Part shown: piece after piece, positions 39,988-50,564 of the stretch
How the letters are laid out: every line of letters starts with the position of its first letter
Position numbering within the stretch: the stretch's first letter is position 1
IMG/VR virus record: IMGVR_UViG_3300037189_023236
Length of the DNA: 64,000 nt
Direction: 5' to 3' (one strand)
Origin: a virus
The notes under the pieces: model-generated
What the model saw: the letters and a program-made list of their open reading frames with translations, nothing else
Databases searched by the model: none
What the model was told of the DNA's origin: nothing
Position numbers and translations under genes: made by a program

Positions 39988-41649
39988 TCAGTCACCAAAT
40001 CCGGCGATTACGTCAATGTCCACTTCGATGTCGCTTTCGGCCGTTAAAAACACTACGGTTTTAGCGCTGACTAAATTATCCGGGTCGTCAGGCACTTCAA
40101 TGCGCGCCGGATCGCGTAAGTAGACAACCTGCCCGTCCGGCCTAAGAATCTTTCCAAATATGTCCATGGCGCTAATTGATTGCTGTCCGGTCAGGTATTT
40201 GTGCGCAGCGCTGGTTATGACGGACGCAGACAGCTGCCCAGAAAACCCGATCTTCGACACGGCCGACACGATAGCCGATTTGATGGCGGCAATATCGGGG
40301 TCTACTTCATTAGCCGCACGTTGAATTTTAAATCCAATTGTTGTTACGCATGGCACAGCTGCTTTTACTAGAACGTCAGCTGTCCGGCAGCGCACATCGC
40401 GGCCATTCAAGAAGTCTTGCAGCTGTCCGATTAACGGCATACCCAGCGTGGTTATTGAGTAGACAGCCGTACTTTGCCGCGAGACTAAATTTGTTGGCGG
40501 CGTGTCGGCGTCGATAAACTGCAGCGTAAGCGTTCGATACCGCGTAAACGCGCTTTCTTGAAGCGTCTGTATGTCGGGCGCGTAGTCAGAGCCGGCTAAG
40601 TTATATCCGTGAGTGCGTGTTGTGATTTCGTAGCCGGCGTTTTGGTCGTCGCCAATTTTTGCAATACGCAATATGTCGTAAAAACCCGGGGCGGTGTCTT
40701 TGTCTAAAGTCACTTGCCAAATTGTCCCGGCGGTTAAATCACCTGGAATAGCCGGGCTGATATAAAGCGCTGTTAACAGCTGCTCGATTTTTTGCGCTGT
40801 TGCGTTAGTCTGCGCGTAGATGTCGACCCGCCCGCCGCCCGACACTGGAAATAACCCATGTTGGTCGCGTTTTTGTTCTGCGTCGCCGAAGCCGACGATA
40901 GACATATGCGCGATGTTTTGAAAATCAGGCTGGGCGCGAATTAAGGCAGTAAACGCTTTTCTACCGCCAATAGTTTTGGCAGTTAAACCGTCAGCCAGCC
41001 GCCCGATGTATTCGGAATTTGTCGCCGCGTCGGCGCCGCCGGTAAAGTCAGTCGCGGCAATAATCGAAGCTACGTTTGTCGGGGCAACAGCTGGTGTGAA
41101 CTTCGTACCGCGCGTTATGTTGCCGTTACTGCCGGCCGACGTTGCGACGACTGTAATTTTAAACGCGTATGTGCCGTCGCCTACCGGTACCATGGCGCGG
41201 GCGCCGTCAAAATTAACAGGGGCGCCGGGCGGAACACCGACAAACGCACGCGCTGGTAAGAAAGATACGCCATTTGCCGTCAAATTCACGCCGGCAATCA
41301 CAGGCGTATTTGTCGGCTTGTTTACAATTACTAACGCCTCGCCTGTGGCAACGGCGCCGGCGTTGCGCGTCAAATTAAAGTTCGACAATACCCGGTCGAC
41401 GATATCCGCATCAGCAAGCTCGGGATTTTGTGTAATAGCCAGCAAGCTGTTACTTTGGCGTACACGGGTAACGTTTTCCTGTACCGCGGCGTTAATAGCG
41501 CTGTTAAAGTACAGCACAAGATCGTGGAAAACACCGCGCGAGAGCTCAACTTCTGGATGTCGCTCCTTTACCCACTGCGAAAAAAGCGCGAGCAATTCCT
41601 GCACGCGGGTCGCGTCCAGTTCAGACAGGCTGTTTATTTGTAGGGCCAT
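39988..41649 (-). CDS. baseplate J/gp6-like wedge protein
   Basis: NFNLTRNAGAVATG, AGSNGNI, and FTGGADAATNSEY are typical Baseplate_J motifs. Confidence 0.8.
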   Translation of the reverse strand: MALQINSLSELDATRVQELLALFSQWVKERHPEVELSRGVFHDLVLYFNSAINAAVQENVTRVRQSNSLLAITQNPELADADIVDRVLSNFNLTRNAGAVATGEALVIVNKPTNTPVIAGVNLTANGVSFLPARAFVGVPPGAPVNFDGARAMVPVGDGTYAFKITVVATSAGSNGNITRGTKFTPAVAPTNVASIIAATDFTGGADAATNSEYIGRLADGLTAKTIGGRKAFTALIRAQPDFQNIAHMSIVGFGDAEQKRDQHGLFPVSGGGRVDIYAQTNATAQKIEQLLTALYISPAIPGDLTAGTIWQVTLDKDTAPGFYDILRIAKIGDDQNAGYEITTRTHGYNLAGSDYAPDIQTLQESAFTRYRTLTLQFIDADTPPTNLVSRQSTAVYSITTLGMPLIGQLQDFLNGRDVRCRTADVLVKAAVPCVTTIGFKIQRAANEVDPDIAAIKSAIVSAVSKIGFSGQLSASVITSAAHKYLTGQQSISAMDIFGKILRPDGQVVYLRDPARIEVPDDPDNLVSAKTVVFLTAESDIEVDIDVIAGFGD

Positions 41650-41655
41650 GTTGCA

Positions 41656-42132
41656 CTAAATTTTTTGAGGTAATGTGGCTATCGGCATAACAACTGTTCG
41701 GTTGTTCCCGGCACGACTGTATATTGCCACTTTAATGTTCGCATATCCCGGTAAAAAACTGATATCTAACAACTCGGCGTCGGCAAGGCGCTCGTCGTCG
41801 GGCCACGTGTTGTCTTCTTCTTTGTTGAGATTTACACGCGCAGTGTACGCCGCAAAATTAAACGCCACGATAACTGCGCCAGAAGTGCGAAGCCGGCCGG
41901 TACGCACTAGCGTCATGAAATCTGTGCCGCGATCTGGCAAGCCCGGCATAGAGCCCGTCTCTGTTAAAAATTCCAGCAGCCAACGCTGCGCTAGTTTTTG
42001 CACACCTACGCATATTTGGCTTGTGCCGTCATTTGCAAATAGCAACAAACCCAGTTGGTTGTCGCCAACTGATTTGACGTTTTGTAATGCCAAAAAATCG
42101 TATTTTCGGTTTGCGTAGTCAGCGATAGCCAT
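41656..42132 (-). CDS. gp25-like baseplate wedge protein
   Basis: GVQKLAQRWLLEFLTETGSMPGLPDRGTDF, directly upstream of baseplate J. Confidence 0.7.
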   Translation of the reverse strand: MAIADYANRKYDFLALQNVKSVGDNQLGLLLFANDGTSQICVGVQKLAQRWLLEFLTETGSMPGLPDRGTDFMTLVRTGRLRTSGAVIVAFNFAAYTARVNLNKEEDNTWPDDERLADAELLDISFLPGYANIKVAIYSRAGNNRTVVMPIATLPQKI

Positions 42133-42138
42133 ATAGCA

Positions 42139-42612
42139 CTATTCGTTTTCACCAGTGAATCCGCCGAGCACTAAAAGCGTGTCCGCAGTTTTTGACACGA
42201 TCGAGAATACGCCGTGCTCGCTCATGCCGTGGCCGTGCAGCCGGCCGTGCGCTACTGCGGCGCAGCGTACTGGCGTAGCGTGTCGAACCCGAAAGGCGCG
42301 TTCTTCTGCCGCCATAAAGTCAATTTGCGTTTTTAGCGCCATGATATCGCCGTACGTGCCGCGGTTATCACTGGAAGCTGCCGCTACGTCCAGCGCATAC
42401 GTTTCGTTTAATTTGTCCCTATTCCATGCTGGTTCGTGTAAATTAGGCACGTCTAGCAGGTCCGCTTCCGCCATACTTTCTGGTGTATGCCAAGCGCGCA
42501 CTGAGTCTTGCCGGCGAAACTGCGCGCTTTGCGCTCTCGCGACGCGTTCAAGATCGTCGACGCGTTCTAAAAATTTAGAATCCAGGTTGCCTTTTTTGAT
42601 GCCGTGCGCCAT
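42139..42612 (-). CDS. hypothetical protein
   Basis: 157 aa, TAATG-coupled to the sigma gene. Confidence 0.6.
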   Translation of the reverse strand: MAHGIKKGNLDSKFLERVDDLERVARAQSAQFRRQDSVRAWHTPESMAEADLLDVPNLHEPAWNRDKLNETYALDVAAASSDNRGTYGDIMALKTQIDFMAAEERAFRVRHATPVRCAAVAHGRLHGHGMSEHGVFSIVSKTADTLLVLGGFTGENE

Positions 42613-43430
42613 TAGAAACCCCTATTGTTGAGCATTTTTTGGATCTTAGCCGCGCGCTGACTTACAGCGCCGGGCGTAATGTTCAGCTTGCGCGCAATCT
42701 CTTGCACGCTAACTTTTTTTCTACCGTTTCGCCCAAGCGCCATGTCCATTATCAATTTATTTATCGGGTCGAGGTCTCCGTAAACAAAATCCATCCACGC
42801 ATCTTGTTCGCTCATCTGGCCCGGGATTTTACTGGCAACTGCGCCGCTATCGGCATAATCGTCCGCGGTTTCAATAACAGTAGAGCCCTCTGCGATCGGT
42901 TTATGGAACGCGCGAATTTTACCGATACGCCGTGTAGATAGGCCTGTCGCATCGGCTAGCTCGTCATCGTTGGGATCTCTGCTTAATTTGTCTCTAAGCG
43001 CGTTCTCCGCTTCTGTCAGTTTTTGAAAGTCTAAACCGACTTGTTCTGGAATCGCTATGATATTTTGTTCTTGTGCTGACAACCGGCGTAGACTCTGCAG
43101 CTGCGACAGTAAATGCGTTTTGATGTTACCGCGCGCTGGATCAAAATTTTGCATGGCGCTCAGTGCCATAAGCTTTGCTCGAGTGCGCATTGCCGAAGAC
43201 GGCGTTGGGCCCACGTAGCTAGATAACGCCGTATCAATTGTTGGCTGTACTTTTTGCAACAACTGGCTGTTCAGCGTTGGTGTTTGGTTTTTCAACCACT
43301 GCGAATGCAACGCCGCAAAATCGTCGCCGGGTTTTGGGTCGGCTTTTGAAAACGGCGGGGTAGTGTCGCCTAAAATAGACGGCATGCCGCGACTAGGCTG
43401 TGGTTGAAGTTTCGCCATTTTAACCGCCAT
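42612..43430 (-). CDS. RNA polymerase sigma factor (sigma70 family, FliA/WhiG-like)
   Basis: Region 2 AMQNFDPARG, region 3 LSRDPNDDELADATGLS, and region 4 HTH SVQEIARKLNITPGAVSQR. Confidence 0.85.
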   Translation of the reverse strand: MAVKMAKLQPQPSRGMPSILGDTTPPFSKADPKPGDDFAALHSQWLKNQTPTLNSQLLQKVQPTIDTALSSYVGPTPSSAMRTRAKLMALSAMQNFDPARGNIKTHLLSQLQSLRRLSAQEQNIIAIPEQVGLDFQKLTEAENALRDKLSRDPNDDELADATGLSTRRIGKIRAFHKPIAEGSTVIETADDYADSGAVASKIPGQMSEQDAWMDFVYGDLDPINKLIMDMALGRNGRKKVSVQEIARKLNITPGAVSQRAAKIQKMLNNRGF

Positions 43431-45102
43431 TCGGAACAGCTAACGGGCCAGACGACCATTTGTTTGCGTACATTGGCGGCGTATCAGTTGCGTACTGCGA
43501 CGCCGACGACATTTCTTCTTCTGTTTTTGTGTGCGCAATTGCGAAAGATGTGCCAGCGTTTCCGCGCTCAGCGTTTATCGCAAAAGAAACAGACATGACT
43601 GACGCGTATAAGAAATCAGTCGGGTTTGCTTCCTGCCGCCGATCTCGGATCGGCATCTCTATTTTAACAATACTGCCGGGCGCGATATCAAAACGAAGCG
43701 GGCCGGACAATTCGCCGTATCGCTGTTTCAGAATTTCCGACATATACCAGTGTTTAGCGAATCTTTGCATTATCGGCCGCACGCCGAGCACGGCCGACGC
43801 GGTGTCTCTAAGCCCGGGGGCCAACGCTGTGCCGCCGCCGTCCGGCGCGACAGTGAGGCGCGCGTTACCGCTGGAATTGCCAGCATTAAGGCCGCTGCTG
43901 CCTATTTCTGTTCCCCACCGCGGCGGTTCTTTGAAAAGTTTTAGGCCGCGTTTGTTTTGCGCGTTTTTATCGGGCCACTCGGCGCAAGGGCGATAGTAGC
44001 TTATCTTTCTATTCGGCGGGCCGGAGCCGTTTGCTAAATTTGTCTCGGAAACTAGCGGGTAGTAAACGTTTACAGATTCAATTATCTGACTCATGTTCGC
44101 ATTGAAACTGGCGTAAGAATACTCAGACGCGCGAATCACTTTATCGCCGGCAGTCCAGCGTAAGCCGCCGCAAAAAGGTATTGGAACAGCCCACGACACC
44201 GCGGGTGAAATCGCAAATAAAAAGTCGGCCGCGTATTCGCCAACTAGCTTTGCCCAAATACTGTTTTGCACAAACGATTCGCCAATTGTTTTGTCAAAGT
44301 AGGACGCTATCGAGCTGGCTATGTTTTGATTATCAGCTGAATCAAGCGCCAAGCTCAATGGCACATAGTTAGGAGAAGCCCCCGGTATTTTTTCGAAAGC
44401 CGCTTCTGCGGCATCATTTCTATCGCGCGGATCGGCACCTGGTGGTAAACGACTTTGCGTGGCGCCGCCGCCGAATTTTCCAAGTTCTTCGAAGATAGGT
44501 TTAATCACGTCGCCCCATAAGTCTCTCGTCAAATTAGCTACATTAGCGCGTCGGACGCCGATTGCTGGCGCCGGGCCGAACGCGTTTACACGGTCATTCA
44601 CGCTTCCGTCGTATAGCGCCTGCTGTGCGTAATCGAACGGGGCGCCGGGGAACCAATTGCCATTGATTGCCGATGAGTTGTTTAAATCATCTAGCCAATG
44701 TACAAGATTTAATACATAGTTCGCGTTATTGTGTGACCGCTGATAGCCGATGCCCGCGTAATAACCTTCAAACACTGTATAGCTGCCAGATTGAAGCTTA
44801 GACGTGTCGCCAGCCCCAGGAATTATGTCTAGCGTTACTTTAACCTTGTCGCGCATCTGCAGTTTACTTTTTGCGTCGTGTATCGTGGCTTTCGTAATGC
44901 CGCCCGTGCCGTTCACGCGATTGCCAACTGCAACAATTAGCGAAGCTGTAGGAATAGTGTTTAACGCAAACGACGCCGACATCGACACAATGTCGTCAAA
45001 CTGCGCAACAAAGGTATCGCCACCGCTACCGCCAGGGTCGGGCGATCGGGTAAACGTGGCACTAAGCTTGAACTTTGCGGATACGTACGGTTCATTAGCC
45101 AT
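43420..45102 (-). CDS. baseplate hub protein (gp27/GpD-like)
   Basis: C-terminal GELSGPLRFDIAPGSIVKI...YASVMSVSFAI, and position after the tape measure. Confidence 0.6.
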   Translation of the reverse strand: MANEPYVSAKFKLSATFTRSPDPGGSGGDTFVAQFDDIVSMSASFALNTIPTASLIVAVGNRVNGTGGITKATIHDAKSKLQMRDKVKVTLDIIPGAGDTSKLQSGSYTVFEGYYAGIGYQRSHNNANYVLNLVHWLDDLNNSSAINGNWFPGAPFDYAQQALYDGSVNDRVNAFGPAPAIGVRRANVANLTRDLWGDVIKPIFEELGKFGGGATQSRLPPGADPRDRNDAAEAAFEKIPGASPNYVPLSLALDSADNQNIASSIASYFDKTIGESFVQNSIWAKLVGEYAADFLFAISPAVSWAVPIPFCGGLRWTAGDKVIRASEYSYASFNANMSQIIESVNVYYPLVSETNLANGSGPPNRKISYYRPCAEWPDKNAQNKRGLKLFKEPPRWGTEIGSSGLNAGNSSGNARLTVAPDGGGTALAPGLRDTASAVLGVRPIMQRFAKHWYMSEILKQRYGELSGPLRFDIAPGSIVKIEMPIRDRRQEANPTDFLYASVMSVSFAINAERGNAGTSFAIAHTKTEEEMSSASQYATDTPPMYANKWSSGPLAVPNGG

Positions 45103-46093
45103 TGCTGCGCGACCTCAACTCATCTGTGCGATAGATCATAGCCATTAAAAACGCCGCAAATCTGTACACAGAATTCGGGTGGTCTTCCCATATGTTTTTA
45201 AATGTGGCGTACGGCTCGACATCGCTGCGCACACCGAACAGCTGAATGTAAACCGGTTCGCCAAGAAACTCTAATTGCGGCAAGCATGTCACGATTGCGC
45301 TAGCCGGCCGCGCGTATGCGCTAAACCGCCACAGCGCCAGCAGCGGAAGCGAGTCTGTAATCGCTAATCGCCTTAATTCCGCGATTTCTAGATCTGTACC
45401 GGATTCCAGTGCAAACGGCAGTTCCTCGTAATTTTCGCCAAGAATTCGACGCTTTGTCTCTAAAAGCAATTTAGGCGGCAACGACCCGAGATCGGCAAAC
45501 TGCACGTCTAACAGACCGTCTTGCAGCGTAATCGGTTCTGATAAACCGCGCGCACCCACTACGCCGTCTGTTTGTAGCCGCATAATCGGTAGTTGGTTGT
45601 TCTGCAGCCACGTAAGCGGCACCTCAACAGCGCCAATCGAAGAATCTTCGGTAATGGTCACAAGTTCTTCGTTTGGATATCCGCTTACCCTTGCTGTGTA
45701 CTGACTGTAGCACCGCCCAACTTTGTTATCGGCCTTCGGTTTGCCGATTATGTTTAACCTCGTCTCGTATAGCCCGAATATTTTTTGCGCTGTGATTTGC
45801 GTTTCAGGTCGGAAAAATTCTGTTGTCGGCTGCGGCCAGTACGTTACACGATTATCTAGTGCGTAAATAAATTCAGCGAGTTCAGTCTGGTGCAATAAAC
45901 GCATGAGCTCGGCTGCGCGGTAATTCAAAAACACGCGGTCGGGATCAGTGCCGAAAATAATTCGATGCGGCACATGCAAAAACGTTGGTAGCTTTAACGG
46001 CGTGTATGTAGGAATGTATTCCTCACCAAGCGTACCGGGCTTGTAGGATTCCGACGACACGTTTAACAGTAATGTGCGCGCGTGATTGATCAT
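45095..46093 (-). CDS. putative tail/baseplate protein
   Basis: 332 aa within the tail operon, no recognised motif. Confidence 0.5.
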   Translation of the reverse strand: MINHARTLLLNVSSESYKPGTLGEEYIPTYTPLKLPTFLHVPHRIIFGTDPDRVFLNYRAAELMRLLHQTELAEFIYALDNRVTYWPQPTTEFFRPETQITAQKIFGLYETRLNIIGKPKADNKVGRCYSQYTARVSGYPNEELVTITEDSSIGAVEVPLTWLQNNQLPIMRLQTDGVVGARGLSEPITLQDGLLDVQFADLGSLPPKLLLETKRRILGENYEELPFALESGTDLEIAELRRLAITDSLPLLALWRFSAYARPASAIVTCLPQLEFLGEPVYIQLFGVRSDVEPYATFKNIWEDHPNSVYRFAAFLMAMIYRTDELRSRSNG

Positions 46094-46121
46094 TCGCCGA
46101 TAATTTCTATTGTGTTAGAGC

Positions 46122-46598
46122 TCAGCCCGCAGACGCATTAAGTATGACTGTAAAACGTAATACCCACTGCACAATTGGGTTTGCTGGATTTGGCACTTCA
46201 AGTCGCATACCAGTCAGAAACCCGAGCAACTGCGCCGAGCCGGTCGTGCCGCCTATCGTTATTTGTGTCGGGGCCATTTTGGCCGCTAAACGATTGTTTC
46301 TGTAATAGTCGAAAACACTGCTGGCGTCAGCCGCGCCGCCAGCCCCGCCGACGCACCCAATAAACGTTATGCCGCTTAGCGTTAATTCGCCAATACGGTC
46401 GCCAAACGCGAACACGTAAATAAATTCGTCAAGGGAATGTAGAAATTGATGATTTGTGCTTAATTCTAACGCATAGCCTGTGACCGGAACTGTCGTTAAA
46501 AATCCGTCAACTTTAATGACAACGATGTTAGAACTTGTGCATTCTTCGCCGGGTGTATACCGGTAGACGCCGCCTTCGCATGTAGCAAATACAGACAT
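46122..46598 (-). CDS. tube-like baseplate (tail tube initiator) protein
   Basis: QFLHSLDEFIYVFAFGDRIGELTLSG resembles a tube fold. Directly follows the tape measure. ATG 46598 has GAGGG upstream. Confidence 0.55.
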   Translation of the reverse strand: MSVFATCEGGVYRYTPGEECTSSNIVVIKVDGFLTTVPVTGYALELSTNHQFLHSLDEFIYVFAFGDRIGELTLSGITFIGCVGGAGGAADASSVFDYYRNNRLAAKMAPTQITIGGTTGSAQLLGFLTGMRLEVPNPANPIVQWVLRFTVILNASAG

Positions 46599-46608
46599 AA
46601 TTACACCC

Positions 46609-49600
46609 TCACGCTTGTTCGCGGACAGGCGGCCCGGCCGGTGTGCGCTCTGTGTTGTCTTTTGGCAGTGCGGACAGTACCGCCCGGTCAACGCCGACCA
46701 TTTTCAGCACGCCTGTAATAGCCATACCGCTTTTTCCATCGCCAGATGTGGCGGTACTGGCGACAGAACTAATTGCTTTAACTATGTCGTCTCCAAGCGA
46801 CGGCATAGTTACATTGTTAATGGTAGCCGTCTCGATTTTGAAATCTTTGTCAAACGCGCTCTTTATTGCGTCGCCAATGGCAGGACCAACCGTACTAGCA
46901 ATAGCGCTGCCGATACCCGTCGGGTCTGCTGCTCCAGAAGCGCCGGCCATTTTTGCCGCGTCGCCCTCTATCGTTTCCATAATTTCTTTTGTGCTTTTAC
47001 CGCCCGCTTCGGTTCTTTTTGCTTCCTCTTCTTGGAGTGTTTTTTCAAGCTTTTCTGGCTCTTTCACTAATTTTCGTTTTTCTTCTTCCGTGCCCTCTCG
47101 CATGACGCGCGCAACTTCGCTGTCCGCGGGTATAGCGCCCGCAGTTATTTGATCCTGAATTGCTGCAACTTTTGAAAGCGTGGCGGTGTCGCTCATGTCT
47201 GTCAACCCGCCAAGAACTTTGTGCGCCCGCGCCATTTTTGTGGCGTCGAGTAGTACCTGTTGCCGCTCTGCAGATAACCCAGAACCTTTAAGCTGTTTCT
47301 CTAAGTCGGTTATTTTGTCTTTGTCTGTGTTGTCAGTTATTGCCTTTTCAATAGATGTTTCAACGCCTTTGCGCGCCGTGGCGTTCATACCATCGCCAAA
47401 CAGGTCGACGATGCCGCTTGCAGTGACTACGCCGGTTTCAAGTTGTTTGCCAAACCGCGCGTACGCCTCTATTTTGCTTTTCTTTGACGTATCCTTCATG
47501 ACGTCAACATGCTCTAACTGCCGACGCGCTTCGGCTTCCGTCATTGTGTCTGACGTTAGTCCTAACTCAGTTGCGGCTTTTGCATCGGTTACGTATTCGC
47601 GAATACCGCCAAGTTCGGCGAGCGCTGTGTATGCAGAGCCGTCGGCGATCGCGGCGGCTATCTTCTTGTCGTTGCCGCCGTAGATTGATTCCAGCGCCGC
47701 AGACATTGCGTCTTTAGCTGCGCCGCCTTTGCCGTATGCTTTCTTTATGTTGTCGGCCAACTGCGCCGTTGTTAGCAGCTTTGTTTTGCCGTCAAACGCG
47801 GTTTTATTCGCGCCGCCAACTAATCGTTCTTGTAGTTGGTCAAATGTTAATCCACCACTAGCGAGTTTTTTGATTACGTCCTCGTCTGCATCTACGGCTG
47901 ACCGATACTCCGAATCCATAGCCGCATACACGTTTTTCATACTAGCTCTGCCGGCGTCTTTCGACGCGTCGTCGATGCCGCCACCAACGGCTGAATAAAA
48001 TTGCTTACGGACATCGACGTCGGAAATAATGCCGAGCATCGCTTCTGGATTTCCGCCGGAATCAACAAATCGTTGTATAACGTTGCTGCCGTCACCCAGA
48101 CGATCCGCATCAAAAATTGCCGCGCGAGACAAATTACGCTGTTGGCGGACGCGTGCTTCGGCCAGACCTCGCAGATTAAACATCTGCTGCATCTGGCCCA
48201 TTTTCATGTTGTAATTACCTTCAACGAATACACCAGCTTCACCCTGTTGTGTCGCCAGAAAATCACGAAGATCAGCGTCATTTTTAAACATACCGCCCGC
48301 GCCAATCATCAAATCTTTCGATCGGCGCATTACCTGGTCTTCGCTTAACCCCGGATTTGTTTCGCGAACGTGCGCTTGCACTGCACGCTGCATCGATGAT
48401 TGCAGCACATTGATACGCTCATCTGCCGTCATTGTCGTGTTGATAGTATCGACAAGAGACGTGGCAAGACTTTGACTTATGCGAGATTGCAAGGCGCCTC
48501 TCTCGGCGTCGGGTACTGTGTTACCAATGCGATCAGTAATTCCGGAGTTGCCTGCAAAATTTGCCGCCAAGTTTTGTTTGAGCTCAGCTGCCTGCGCGTG
48601 CAGCGCGCGATTAGCGATCATGAACTCCTGCGTATTAGAGTCTCTGTAATACGCGTTTGCCTGCGAGCGCGAAATCTCCGCACGATCAAAATGCTCATTG
48701 AAGAATGTGCCGGGATTGTTGCCCATTTGTTCGTATATGTTTACTTCTTTATTTAGCCCCTCGTCAAAGTACGTCGAGTCGCCGCGTTTCAACGCTTCAA
48801 CCATTTTTATGAGATTTTTACCGCGATTTTGCGTAAAATCTTTGTCGTTCTTGTTTTCTTCGACTATGCGATTGGCCACGCCGATAAGCCGGCCGACGCC
48901 GGAGGCATCAGCGCGCATCCCCTGATCTAGCGCGAACATGGCGGCTTTTGTGGGATCCATGCGACCGAAACCTGGCGTGAAACCGCCTGTATCCCTTAAA
49001 GCTCTGCTGCGCTCCATTGCGCCGATAACGTTTTCTGACGCAATGCTTCTGGAAAGGCCGTACTGGTCAGCTAAAGCGCCAGATCTCGCTGTCAAACCCA
49101 TCAGCGATTCCAGACTGACGCCAGAGTCGCGCGACGCCATCTGCATACGCCGCATGATGTTTTCAACTTTACCCGGCGACATACTATTCATCGAGTTTTG
49201 AGTTAATGCTTCCATGGCCGCCATCAATTGACCCATGGGAGCATTACCCATACCGTTATCGCCAAATATCTCTCGAACGGATGCTATGGCATCGGTGTAG
49301 CCTTTCAGTGTGTTTGTCACACGGTTGGCGTCTATTTTGCGCACAGCATCTGCGCCGCCCTCTAGTTTTGTTAACTCGTCAACAGTGTCCCCGCGATCAA
49401 GCGCGTCATTAATTTCACTTGAAAAGCTAGGGTCGCGCAGTGATTTGTCGCGAAACGCTTTGCGCCTGTCGTACGAATTGAGGGCCGCAGTGCTTTCCGG
49501 CAGCAATCCACGCTGCGACAATTCGTTCATAATGTCGCCAACGCGGCCGGCCGAGAACCCGGAAATGTCATTAATGTTTGTGCCGGGGCCGTACAGGTTG

Positions 49601-50157
49601 TTGTAGATCTGGTCCGAAAATGCCTGCATCGTCTCGCCCGACATTGAGTCTCCGCCCAAGCTGTCGGCGCGCGAAAAGCCCATCCGACCGATACCGCGAG
49701 CTAGCCGAGCCTTGCTGCCTTTTCGCCCAAAGAAAATGTCTTCCGACATTTGCGGACCAAGTAGCATTTCCGACAGCATCTGCACAGGCATGCTGTTTAA
49801 TAACCCGGCACCTTGCTGCAACTGGGCTGCCTGTACGCCTGTTAGCGGGTCGGTTGTATAGTTGCTGCGGACCTTGAGCATCGTGCCATAAATGGCCTCT
49901 TTGTCCGCCGCACGCGCCTGCATTTCGACGCCGCGGCTCGCCTGCATGTATTTACTAGAGGCGTACTGATCTAAAATGCCCTGCGCCGGAAACTGTTGGG
50001 GCAAAAACTTCCCCTGGCCGAGCATTTGCGGCACAATAAGCGCAAAAAGCATGTCTAGGTTCGGATTGCCCGAGCCTAGCGGGTTGTAATTCGGCTGCGG
50101 CGGTTTAAACAGCCCGTTTGGCTGCGGGACAGCACTGTAATCGTTTGGATCTGCCAT
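46609..50157 (-). CDS. tape measure protein
   Basis: 1182 aa, helical and Ala/Gly/Gln-rich, follows the chaperone pair. Confidence 0.7.
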   Translation of the reverse strand: MADPNDYSAVPQPNGLFKPPQPNYNPLGSGNPNLDMLFALIVPQMLGQGKFLPQQFPAQGILDQYASSKYMQASRGVEMQARAADKEAIYGTMLKVRSNYTTDPLTGVQAAQLQQGAGLLNSMPVQMLSEMLLGPQMSEDIFFGRKGSKARLARGIGRMGFSRADSLGGDSMSGETMQAFSDQIYNNLYGPGTNINDISGFSAGRVGDIMNELSQRGLLPESTAALNSYDRRKAFRDKSLRDPSFSSEINDALDRGDTVDELTKLEGGADAVRKIDANRVTNTLKGYTDAIASVREIFGDNGMGNAPMGQLMAAMEALTQNSMNSMSPGKVENIMRRMQMASRDSGVSLESLMGLTARSGALADQYGLSRSIASENVIGAMERSRALRDTGGFTPGFGRMDPTKAAMFALDQGMRADASGVGRLIGVANRIVEENKNDKDFTQNRGKNLIKMVEALKRGDSTYFDEGLNKEVNIYEQMGNNPGTFFNEHFDRAEISRSQANAYYRDSNTQEFMIANRALHAQAAELKQNLAANFAGNSGITDRIGNTVPDAERGALQSRISQSLATSLVDTINTTMTADERINVLQSSMQRAVQAHVRETNPGLSEDQVMRRSKDLMIGAGGMFKNDADLRDFLATQQGEAGVFVEGNYNMKMGQMQQMFNLRGLAEARVRQQRNLSRAAIFDADRLGDGSNVIQRFVDSGGNPEAMLGIISDVDVRKQFYSAVGGGIDDASKDAGRASMKNVYAAMDSEYRSAVDADEDVIKKLASGGLTFDQLQERLVGGANKTAFDGKTKLLTTAQLADNIKKAYGKGGAAKDAMSAALESIYGGNDKKIAAAIADGSAYTALAELGGIREYVTDAKAATELGLTSDTMTEAEARRQLEHVDVMKDTSKKSKIEAYARFGKQLETGVVTASGIVDLFGDGMNATARKGVETSIEKAITDNTDKDKITDLEKQLKGSGLSAERQQVLLDATKMARAHKVLGGLTDMSDTATLSKVAAIQDQITAGAIPADSEVARVMREGTEEEKRKLVKEPEKLEKTLQEEEAKRTEAGGKSTKEIMETIEGDAAKMAGASGAADPTGIGSAIASTVGPAIGDAIKSAFDKDFKIETATINNVTMPSLGDDIVKAISSVASTATSGDGKSGMAITGVLKMVGVDRAVLSALPKDNTERTPAGPPVREQA

Positions 50158-50564
50158 TATTGCTGTCCTTTAGCCGGCGGCGGTTTATTGTCTTTTCCCG
50201 ATACCAGCTCTCGATATTGCGCGATTAAATCGCCGTATTTGCTGTCTATTGTATCTTTTTCGTCCTTTGGTTTCTCTGACCCCTCCCACGGAAAAACGCT
50301 TTCCCGCAACCGTGTCAGTATGCTAGACGCCTGTTTTTTCGCATTTGACCAGCTATCGTCGTCCAGTCGGCTATGCGATACATACGCCAACCAGTGATCG
50401 TGCAAAGCGGCTAACAGCCGCTCGTCGGCCTGCCGCGCCACGTCGCGCAGGATCAAGACATGCCGTAAACGCCACTGAGGGTTGTAGGGATCGGCTTTGG
50501 CGTAATTAAACGCGCCGGTGCTAGCGGCGCGCACCATGTACGCCGCTACGCGATCCCTTGCCAA
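50157..50564 (-). CDS. tail assembly chaperone, frameshift extension (gpT-like)
   Basis: In the -1 frame relative to 50546..51562 and starts at the slippery heptamer. Confidence 0.65.
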   Translation of the reverse strand: MARDRVAAYMVRAASTGAFNYAKADPYNPQWRLRHVLILRDVARQADERLLAALHDHWLAYVSHSRLDDDSWSNAKKQASSILTRLRESVFPWEGSEKPKDEKDTIDSKYGDLIAQYRELVSGKDNKPPPAKGQQ

